Shown here one piece after another: positions 43,761 through 54,564 of a stretch of DNA of 64,000 nucleotides. How positions within the stretch are numbered: the first letter of the stretch is position 1; the number at the start of each line of letters is the position of its first letter. The notes under the pieces were generated by a model. That model did no database searches and was not told the origin of the DNA. It saw only the letters and a list, made by a program, of their open reading frames with translations. Both the position numbers and the translations under genes were made by a program. Origin of the DNA: Asterias rubens (taxonomy: Eukaryota); assembly GCF_902459465.1 (NCBI RefSeq), contig NC_047074.1, forward strand, positions 11,160,001 to 11,224,000. The letters are read 5' to 3'.

Positions 43761-46700
43761 ACATGAGTTCAGCGCCATAAACACATAAGACATGGAACTA
43801 GTAGACCGTAAGGCACTGCAAGGCATCTGGGATGGTGGGGGCTTGTCAGTTTCATTGCCATGTGGGTACCAGTTACCACAACGTGGGAAATCCTTCGGTT
43901 TGGGAGGTAGGTCTTGGTCCTTGCCGACATGCAACACAATCGCCATTCCTACCTGTAGGTTTTCAGAACAACAAATATTGCGCATTAAAGGCAGTGGACA
44001 CTGTTGGTAATTACTCAAAATAATTATTGGCATAAAACCTTACTTGGTGACGAGTAATGGGGAGAGGTTGATGGTATAAAACATTGTGAGAAACGGCTCC
44101 CTCTGAAGTGCCATAGTTTTAGAGAAAGACGTAATTTTCCACGAATTTGATTTCGAGACCTCAGATTTAGAACTTGAGGTCTCGAAATCAACTATCTAAA
44201 CGCACACAACTTCGTGTGACAATGGTGTGTTTTTCTTTCATTCATCTCGCAAGTTCGATGACCGATTGAGCTCAAATTTTCACAGGTTTGTTATTTTATG
44301 CTTATGTTGAGATACACCAACTGTGAAGGCTAGTCTTTGACAATTACCAATAGTGTCCATTGCCTTTAAACACAAGGATACGTTTATTGTTTAAAGACAA
44401 GTATCTCACTATCCAAACATGTGCAAAAAAGCAACGAATCTTATAAGAAAATTTGAGCTAGTTGTTAATCTCTTGATCTGCTGAGATCTTGAATATGGAG
44501 CTTTTAACAGCTTTATTCCACGTACTGCATCTTTGGAACTCCTTGCCTGGTGCACGTTTCTCTCCATCATACAATTTTAGACTGTTTTAGGAGGAACATC
44601 AGCATTCCTACCTCCAGCTCCCCTGAGTTCTTTCCACTTTGAATACGTTTTCCTCTTGTAGCCCCACACCAATGGGTTACTTTGAGCCTTATTTGAGGCG
44701 AACTTGCATACAAAAGTACAGTATGAATAAGGCAATTAATCAATTGGACACTATTGGTAATTCACTCAAAATAATTATAAGCATAAAAGCTTACTTGGTA
44801 ACGAGTAATGGGGAGCTTGAATAATAGTATAACACATTGTGAGAAACGGCTCCCTCTGACGTAATGTAACTTTCGAGAAAGGATTAACTTTCCTCGAATT
44901 TGATATCGAGACATCAGATTTAGAATTTTGAGGTCTCGAAATCAAGCACCTGAAAGCACACTATTTCGTGTGACAAGGTTTTTTCTTTTATTATGAACTC
45001 GCAACTACGTCGACATTTTTCACAGGTTTGTTATTGTATGCATATACGTTGAGATACACCAAGTGAGAAGACTGGTCTTTGACAATTACCAACAGTGTCC
45101 AGTGTTTTTAACTAACTCTTCGATACTACTTACGTCACTATGAAACTGTAGATGACAGTGGAATAGCCACCAGCCAGGATTATCGGCAGCGAAGCGGACG
45201 ACTGTGTAACCCCCATCCGGAATTATCACGGTATCCTTACGGGGTGCTTTCACGAAATTTCTATTGATGCCTCCTATAAACAAAATAACATATACATTTT
45301 TTGATTGATTTAGACCCTTTATAGTCTTAAAGTTTTGCGGTCAGAATAGAACCAGAGCTGTGCCGAAGGGAGCCGAATCATCTGACGTACTCGGAGCTCC
45401 GGATTACCAAACACGGTAGTATTACGTCATGCCATGCCTGCGCACACCAAGCGAAAGTAGTCGATTTTAGTGTCGTGCCGAGTCGACCGACTGTTTTGCT
45501 CTACTCCTAGCTCTCATGGCGGCGTCCACAAGAAAATCGTGTGGTGAACGAGTGGAGTGTCTACGACAGTATTGCGAAAGTATTTGAGGAAATGAAATTT
45601 CAAAGAGGGTTCTTCTGAAAGCCAGAACAGAAGATCGAGGGTTTGGGGTTGCCCATCGAAAAAGCACTCGTACGATAACAAAACAACGTCTCGAAGATTT
45701 ATTCGCGGCGGAGGGGGAGGAATCGTATAGCAGAGCACCGGAGACTCACGCCCGCAACAACAGCATGCGACGTCATCCCGGAGAGCTTGGCACGCCAGAG
45801 AGCTGAGACCGTGATTACTGCGTGCCGAAATGCCCGGTGACGTCACCCGCAGCTCTGAGTAGGCCGCGACACCGGCATGTGTGCCGCTGACACCCGTTAA
45901 GGTGTGTACAAAACACTCATGTGTCGTACCACTCTCGTAGTTGTTTCCTGTTTCAGTTTGTCTTGAATTTTCAATAGATTTTGCCGTCCCCATTAACACC
46001 TTAACATCTCTGTGTAGGCATCCCCCTGCTTCTCGATCCTACACACTGGTTACCCAACTGATGGCAAACATGTCATCAGGAACAAGGGGCATGGCACCTC
46101 TCTGGCAGTGCCCTCTTTCAGCAGAATGACACATTCCATCTATTTTTAGCCTGAGTTCGGGCGGTGTGCCCTTGGCCCACGTGAGCTGTCCGCACACGCC
46201 CTAACGATGAGAACACTGATAACAACATACTCGGAACAGGAACAACACAGTACAAAATGGCGCTACATCATCATCGTTTGGGTGGAAGATGAACAGCGAT
46301 CCTACGTGTTCTTGAGCATCAAAGAACATACCGTCCATACTTGCTAGACTTGTGGACAAGTCGTTAATCTGCCGCGGTGAGATGGTTGAGTTGTGGCGGT
46401 GCTCTCGCGAGATCACTACTCTCGCGCGAACTGATGATTTCCGACCTCCCCTCTTCATTAAATGGGACCGTAGTCGTGAGAGCAGTAGTCTCGCGGGGCC
46501 AGCAGTCTCGCGAGAATACCGCGGGAATCGCGGGAAGATTCGGAATATAGTCGGAACGCTATCACCGCGACAGACATTTAACGACTTGTCACAAGTCTAC
46601 ATACCTGCCTGGTCGAGTCTTTTCACTTCCTCAACGGTGGTCGAATCTCCTATCTTTCCCATTGCAACCACCTGGAAGCTGTATCCGTGAAGGTGCATGG

Positions 46701-49700
46701 GGTGACTGCCCTCAAACGGTATACCTTCATCAACTAGGACCAACTCGACCACCTGTATACATATACAATATGGATACCTAGGGTAAAATATTGTAACTGC
46801 TTCTATACATAAGATTACACGCCATGACATTTAGACGTATTTCACGTTAAAACGTATATCTGACAGCTAATCGATTTACAAATCGCTCAAGTTTAAAAAA
46901 AAAACTCACTTCTCCGAGGTCGACCTCCAAATAGTGAGTACACTCACAGTACGCCTCCTTGCAATGGTCTCTCTTTGCCTCCGTAGATTCGAAGCTGCAA
47001 AGCTCAAACTCCGGGATGTCAGCAAGCTGGGTCAAAGGTGGTGACCCCGGGGGTACAAAGGCCACGAAGTTGAGCTGTGACGTGTACACAAAATGACCAG
47101 GTTTCAGCCCGACGGGATAGTAGTCTGGGTGGTTGTAGTTAGGGTTGGTAATGTTTCCAAAATCCATCGCGATGTAGAAGGTTCTGTCGTTGTTCTCTAA
47201 AGACTCCGCCTGCTTTTCTATAGAAACAGACAGAGGAGGAACATCCGGGTGATTCAAGACGGATTGCACAGCATCCTTTTTGGATTTTGTTACAAAGAAA
47301 CTACATTAAATAATTATCTTAGCTTTTGGTCAATGTCCTCTTTAGAATTGCTCTAGTGTCCGCCAATGTGCGCGGCTTTTCTGATCTTGCGTACCCTACC
47401 GACGGTGGTGGTGAGAACCTTATCAATATTTTGAAAAAAACCTTTAAATTTTTTTTCACATATTAAAGTTTGTGGACGGTAACAGTGTGTTAGAAATAAA
47501 ACCCCGTGCAACCAAAACTTTTGACTCCAAAATTGTTTGTTTTATAAGGTGCGTAACTATCAAAACACACAGAAAACACAAAACGAAACAAAAACAACAA
47601 CAGAATTCCCCTCACCTATTGCGGTCAGCTGATCAACAGTCATGACAGTTTCCGAAGCTGGTAGATTAAACGGATTGAGAAGTATCCCTTCCGGGGCTAT
47701 CCCTGGATAATCCTCTGATGCCAGATCCTCTTCTCCTTCAACATTGTTGTAAACCACCATCGCTAGTCCCTGGACCCCACTGCAGAGACCTAATCCCTTG
47801 AACCTCATCCAGTATCTACCAACGGCCCTGTCAGCAGTCAGAACGAAGTCGAACCTCTCCCCACCGTAGATAACGTAACGCGCCACCTGGACGGGCTCGA
47901 ATGGAGACCCATCGCTGGCAATCACAGTCAGGTTGTGCTTGTCCAATGAGACCTCTATGGGACAATCTAAGATGGCGTTGCTGATAGTCCGGAAGCGATA
48001 CCTCTTACCGAGATCCACGTGAAAGACTTCCCTAGGAGTTTTGTAAGTCTGGTTTGAGTCACTCATGGTATACTCGATAGACTGCCCTCTGCCGTTCACC
48101 AGAATGGAATCCGGAGAACCACTGAGGGTGGAAAGGTGGTGCCCTGCGAACCGGTTTACGGTAACCTCGTGAAACCAGTCGTGGACGACCACCACGTGTT
48201 CCGGAAGATCGTAATCGTAAAGCCCGCTGTGCGGATCATCAGGAGCGGCTTGCTTAATGATCAGAGGTCCGAAGACTCCGTCGGATCGCTGCATACCTGT
48301 GTGAGAATGCCACCAGTGCGTTCCGGGGGTGTCCGCCAGGAACTCGTAGGTGAAGCTGGAGCGAGTTGGGATGTTGCACTGTGTGACCTGAGAGGTGCCG
48401 TCCATGTATGGTGTACCGCGTTGGTGAAGGCCGTGCCAGTGTATGGTAACGCCCTCAGCGTTCACCAAGTAGTTGTTGACCTGCACAGATAGTTGGTCGT
48501 GTTCACAAACCTAAAAAGAAGTATATTTTGTAACGAGAGTTTATTATAAAAATTTGAAGGTTCAAACATGTAGCAGAATGGTCAGAGACAACTACGCTTC
48601 CAACATCTTAGTCATGTTCCTTGTTTCCAGTAACAGTGAGGAATGCTATTATTCATTGTACAAACAAAGAACCAGACTACTTGACCTATCAACCTCATTT
48701 TGATTGTACGTTATGAGATATTAAGACGGCCGCCCCATGATCAATGTCTATAGTCTATCGTTCGGTAAAACGTAACGTAAAACATAACGCAAAACGTAAC
48801 GTTAAACGAAACGTAATGTAAAACGTAACGTAAAACGTAAGTCTGTAGCAGAATTAGTCCGAAAGTTGTCAACCACCACCTGAAGACTAAGTCCAGAGAC
48901 AACGCAAAATACCACTCGGTAAGTGCGGTATAGGGTCAGCTTGACCCAGGAGTTTTAGACTCTTACCAAGTAACGTTTTTGTGGCAAAATTTTGTTGTTG
49001 TAATCTGCACTATTTTCTAAGGGGGGGGGAAAATGTAAAACTCCAACCTGAATACTCGGTCCTGGGAACTGCTTGTTGACAACGGCTACAGCTCTAGGAG
49101 CCCCGTCCAGAGCCAAGCAATGTGGCCGGTAACAATCAGTCACATTGAAGGGACACTTGAAGCACGCCTTGGACATGCTGTAAGACCACTCAACGGTGAA
49201 CTCATAGCGGCAGGTCCGGGGCTTCGATGGCCAATCACAAGGTCGCATGCAGTGGTGTTCTACATCAGACTGGCTCAGTCCTTCATGTTAACAATAACAA
49301 ATAAAAACACGTTTTTACAAAATGGTTCAAGGAATACCAGTATACCTAATCAATACAGGATAATTTATGTTAAAAATACCCTTAAACCCAAAATAACTTT
49401 AAAAGGTGAGTGACCCTAAACACTATGTATGAACGAACTATCATATAGGTAATTCACTTACATGTGATCAATTTACCGATTCTGAAGCCAACACTTCTCA
49501 GGAAAGCTGCTAACTGTTTAACTACACCAGCACCCCGCCCCCCCAAAAAAAAAAAAAAAAACTATCGCGAAAAAGGCATTGGACACATTTGGTAATTGTC
49601 CAAGACCAGTATTCACTTTGAACCAACTGGTCATCAGAGTCGCAATAGAATAATGCAAACAAAAAACAAACACACTATTGTTGCACACAATTGGATGTGC

Positions 49701-50087
49701 GTCATTTAATGCCTGTTAGTATTTTATAATTAAATACGGAGAGCAATTTGAGTGATAAATTACCGCTCTCTCAAAGTCTACGTTACTTCAAAGAGAGCCG
49801 TTTCCCACAACGTTTTATACTATCAACAGCTCTCAATTAATTGCTCTTCTCGCGAAAGTAAGTTTTTATGCTAACAATTGTGTTTGAGTAGTTATCAATT
49901 ATGTCCAGTACCTTGACCAAACACCCCCAAACAAAAGAGATTATTTTACACAACGGTTGCACACACAAGAACGTGGGATTGTACCAACTTTACCTTTTAC
50001 CGTCTGAGGTCCATTAAGCAATGACGTGTACAGGATGATAGTCAGAGCACAAACACCAGAGCTGAGAGGACGATCTAACGTTGCCAT
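43713..50087 (-). CDS. Laccase-type multicopper oxidase, 7 coding exons, 678 aa, secreted, possibly GPI-anchored
   Basis: Exons 50087-49994, 49259-49048, 48510-47616, 47217-46910, 46752-46605, 45273-45134, 43952-43713; GT-AG, phases consistent (2037 nt). All four copper motifs present: [28 protein letters not shown]. Also a signal peptide and the Cys-rich N-terminal region of animal laccases. Confidence 0.96.
43989..44365. mobile_element. TTAA-flanked MITE family K1, intact copy in laccase intron 6
   Basis: ttaa|aggcagtggacactgttgg ... ccaatagtgtccattgcct|ttaa; 377 bp. Confidence 0.85.
46345..46599. mobile_element. Non-autonomous Academ(H)-type MITE at the laccase exon 5 donor
   Basis: TAG..CTA termini, ~36-bp TIRs, 9-bp TSD catacttgc (46336-46344) / catacctgc (46600-46608). 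Confidence 0.75.
48773..48840. repeat. (AAAACGTAACGT)-like short tandem repeat
   Basis: About 6 imperfect units in laccase intron 2. Confidence 0.8.
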
Positions 50088-52070
50088 CTGGTCGTTCGTC
50101 AATTGATTTGTTTCAAGTCAGTCGGTGAGTTTCTAGGCAAAAATAATCAAATTTCACAAGTTGATTAATAATGGTGAGTAATTTGTCAAATTAATCTTTA
50201 AAGGCATTGAAGCTACACAACTTCCCTACAGTAATATGATAACTTGCGAAATGTCGTGGCCATGACCCGGCAAGGTTGTAAACGGATGTAAACGAGTCGC
50301 TATACTCCTTATTCCCGTACATAATGCCCATTGAAGGCACTGGACACGTTTGGTAAGTATTGCAAAGACCAGTAGTCTCACCATGTGTATCGGGGAAAGT
50401 ACTGAGTATACAGTGCTAACACACATCGGTGTATTCGTAAACAACCAAAATTAATATTATTACTTAAGTTGCACAAACACCAAAATACAAAGTGGTGCAA
50501 AAACTGTTGAAAACATGGAACTATATAATAAAATGTGCATAGGTGACAAAATCACTTAAAACAAATATATACAATCATATGTAAATTGCATTGACAATTT
50601 AAAATAAGATAGCTTCGTATCACACACGCATGACGGTAAAAGAGAAAAATACCCTACCCCAAATTTCATGTCACTACAGTGAACTAGTGGCCATGGAGGC
50701 CAGAATTAAATTGATAAAGAATTTCCAGAGTTTTGAGTTCAGGTATATTTCAGGTGCTATAATGCGATAAAAAAGTGTTTGCTTAACCCAGCGACCCATG
50801 AAGGAGTTAACGCCGTAGGGCACTAGTTTCTATTTTTGTTAAAGGTAGTGGACACTATTGGTAGTTACTCAAATGCCAGAAAGTTTGTATAATACTCAGC
50901 GCCTTGAGTACCTTGTTTGGTACGTGCGCTGTAAGACTTCGATATTATACTACTATTGACCAAGTTAGCCAATAAAATCCATTTTGGCACGAAAATCCAG
51001 CTGGACCCAAAAACCTGACATAGGGACCTGTACTAATAATTAGAATGTTAAAACCTATGGTGTGTTTGTTCAGATGAACTTAGATTCATCTGTTCAGAAC
51101 AACAGAACAAGGTTTGTGTCCCTAAAAAGTTCACCACTTTATACACCTCAACATATCTGTATATAAGTGAGCACCGTCAGGCAAACGCATAAATATTTGG
51201 ACTCGGTGGCTAGCAGGGTTAATAAAGCCGTCTCACATTTATTAAAGGAACATTACAGAATTGGTGAGATGGAAACCTTGTCTATAAAATCGCTGATTTA
51301 AAACAAAACCTCAAACGGTCTAATGATGATAGTTAAAAGCATCCCTTGAAACATTTCTGTCTGAAATGTCATATTATTTGATGGTTTATTGAAACAGTGC
51401 AACACAGCGGCTAAAATCCAAAATGCACATTTTACAACACTATTGGTAATTGTTATTTGTATCTCATCATATTCATACAATAACAAACCTGTGAAAATTT
51501 GAGCTCAATCGGTCATCGAAGTTGCGAGATAATAATGAAAGAAAAAACACCCTTTTCACACGAAGTTGTGTGCGTTTTATAGAAGGTTGATTTTGAGACC
51601 TCAAGTTTTAAATCTGAGGTCTCGAAATCAAATTTGTGGAAAACTACTTCTTTCTCGAAAACTATGGCACTTCAGAGGGAGCTGTTTCTCACAATGTTTT
51701 TTTACCATCAACCTCTCCCCATTACTTGTCACCAAGAAAGGTTTTATGCTAATAATTATTTTGAGTAACAACCAATAGTGTCCACTGCCTTTAAGTTATA
51801 ATTAAGTGCTGTAGACGGCAAACCTTTCACTGTGAGCGGTCCTGTATGGCGGGTGAGCCGGTGTGGCAGAAGATTTTGTCCCCAGGAGATTCCATCCCCA
51901 TATACGGCGAAACTGTGTACAAACTCCTTCTCTCCTGTTAGTCTCTTGTGGATCCTTCTCCTCCAGCCCATGTTAATTTCCGGTTTTGGGGACAGAAACT
52001 CCGGCAAACAGAATTCCCTGGGACACCGGTGTGGCAGGGGATTCTTTCCCCTGGAGATGCCCCCATTACT

Positions 52071-52222
52071 GGGTGCGCTCGATTAGCTTCCCCGGGTCGA
52101 CCGCGGTGTGGTGGCGTTTTCTTTTTCCAGGACGAACGTGTGCAGATAATTACCCACGTTCGTCCTGGAAAAAAACCCGACACACACCGGGGTCGACCCA
52201 GGGAAGCTAAACGAACGCACCC
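52071..52222. mobile_element. Hairpin MITE (gggtgc..gcaccc), copy 1
   Basis: Near-perfect fold-back over 152 bp, nested in another repeat. Confidence 0.8.
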
Positions 52223-52647
52223 ATTGCAAACTTTGTTCAAACTGGGTACAAACTACTTCCATTTTGAGTGATCCTCCTCCAGCCCATGTTTATTTCCCAT
52301 ACGATGGAGGACAGAATCGGCAAACAGAATTCCCTGCGACACCCGGCAGTACCTCTTTGTTAAATACGTTCTGCATCAAGAGTCAAGATGAATGTGAAGT
52401 TCCACAGAATGCTGGTAATACCATAGAGCATAGAGATACAAATTGTATTGATGTGATTTACACCTGTCCGCATTTATAGGTCGTTTATCAAAAGGAAGAA
52501 TTCACTTTATAAGGTCCGACTAAATCACACTGACCTATATTTGGTATGCAGCGAAAAGGAGTAGGCCTGCACTCACACAGGAAAGTAAACAATGACTTCT
52601 CTTTGTGCCTCATCTACCTGCATCATCACACCGAACTCGTTTTCAGT

Positions 52648-52799
52648 GGGTGCTTTCGTTTAGCTTCCCTGGGTCGACCCCGACGTGTGGCGTTTTTTTA
52701 ATCTAGGACGAACGTGTGCAGATAAATACCCACGTTCGTCCTGGAAAAAAAACCCGCCACGCACCGGGGTAGACCCAGGAGAGCTAATCGAACCCACCC
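52648..52799. mobile_element. Hairpin MITE (gggtgc..caccc), copy 2
   Basis: Same family and length as 52071-52222. Confidence 0.8.
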
Positions 52800-53313
52800 A
52801 CTAAAAAAAACGTTCTGAAAATCAAGTCGAACACGTAAGTTTTGATGCTAACAATTATTTTTTAGCAAATTACCAATAGCATCCAGTGCCTGTGTTTAAC
52901 TTTTTGTTGTTGCAGTTGCTCAATTCGTTTGTGTATATCCAGCTCCTTGAAGCAGGGCCAATCTGTAACTATTCGTGCTTCATAAATGTATTTGTATTTT
53001 AAAAGCACTTACATATTAATTCATGGACAAGTTGTGGTTCATTCTGCGATCATGAACGCCACATATTTATTTCAAGACCGTATATTTCAAGAGGAAATAT
53101 ATTTTTATCAAGACCTCTTATTTCTTTGAATATTATACCATTCAGTTCAATAAGCCTCCATTGCGTGTTAGATTTGAATATTATTGTCTTTACTTTACAG
53201 TGACGTGCTTATTATAGACGCAATGTCACTAACATGTGAATTCATCAGACTATAGGGACAGTGCCAAATGATTCGGGGACAGCCTTTGCTGGTTTTACGT
53301 TAGAGACGGTTAA

Positions 53314-53675
53314 AGGCAATGGACACTATTGGTAGTTACTCAAAATAATTATTAGCATAAAACCTTACTTGGTAATGAGTAACGGGGATTGTTTGGTAGT
53401 ATAAAACATTGTGAGAAACGACTCCCTCTGAAGTGGAGTAGTTTTCAACAAATTTGATTTCTAGACAAAGATTTAGATCTTTAGGTTTCGAAATCAAGCA
53501 TCTGAAAGCAAACAACTCCGTGTGACAAGGGTGTTTTTTTTCTATTATTATATATATCTCGCAACATCGATGACTGATTGAGCTCAAAGTTTCACAGGTT
53601 TGTTATTTTATGCATAAATGTTGAGATACACCAAGTGAGAGGATAGGTCATTGACAATTACCATTAGTGTCCATT
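53314..53675. mobile_element. TTAA MITE family K1 copy
   Basis: ttaa|aggcaatggacactattgg; right end degenerate. Confidence 0.7.
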
Positions 53676-54204
53676 AATGGCAATTCAATATATGAAGACA
53701 TTTTGCTTGAAATCATCACTTTCATTATATTGACATTTGACCTTTGTTGACCTTTGACCCTTTCTTAAGCAAAGATGGCACCACTTAAAATTTTCTTAAG
53801 TAGTTGATTTTGAGTCAGCACAGTCTAAGGTACACATTGACACATGTTTGATCGTTGCACTCAAAATTTCATTTAAACGTCTAATTAGCACTAATTAAGG
53901 GCCTTCTTAAGTACACTTAGCACCATTATTTATTTTCTTAAATACGGAATTCATAGTCAGTGAACCATGGCATTTCAATATATGAAGAAATTTTGCTTGC
54001 ACTCAACAGTTAATTTAAATGGACTTTTGGTGCGTTTAGGGGGCTCCCCCCTCCCAACGCACCACTCGGTGCGCTTAAGAATTCACATTTTAAGGTTCCC
54101 ACGGGGGGCCCTGCACATCCTACACCTCAAACCTTTTGCACTCAATATTTTCAATAAACCCTGCTGGGCTCCCGGACTAGTTGTTTTACGTTAGAGACGT
54201 TTAA

Positions 54205-54564
54205 AGGCAGTGGACTTTTTTGGTAATTACTCCAAATAAATATTAGCATAAAACCTTACTTGGTATATGTAATAGGGAGACGTTGATAATACAAAACATT
54301 GTGAGAAAAGGCTATCTCTGAAGTGACGTACTTTATGAGAAAGAAGTAATTTTCCACGAATTTTGTTTCGAGACCTCAAGCTTAGAATTTGATGTCTCGA
54401 AATCAAGCATCTGAAAGCACACAACTTCGTGTGACTGAGGGTGATTTTTCTTTCATTATTATCTTGCAACTTAAATTTTCACTGAATCGTTTTCTTATGC
54501 ACATGTTGAGATACACCAAGTGAGAAGACTGGTCATTGACAGTTACCAATAGTGTCCAGTGTCT
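54205..54564. mobile_element. TTAA MITE family K1 copy (further partial or degenerate copies near 1370-1653, 13195-13508, 39704-40050, 44750-45107, 49575-49915, 51441-51790, 59510-59620, 59880-60188, 63179-63474)
   Basis: ttaa|aggcagtggac ... gtgtccagtgtct|ttaa plus the shared internal block (aaattgagctc..gagacctcaaattc..aacctctccccattact). Confidence 0.8.

Noticed and set aside
45514-45999. 161-aa minus-strand ORF as an extra laccase exon or nested gene
   Set aside because: Laccase exons 5 and 6 join in phase without it and the product has no motif; the long ORF is explained by high GC content.
47218-47269. 5' part of ORF 46847-47269 as coding
   Set aside because: Phase analysis places the acceptor at 47218-47219 (pyrimidine tract plus TAG); the upstream AGs give the wrong phase.
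48136-48492. 118-aa plus-strand ORF
   Set aside because: Antisense shadow of laccase exon 3.
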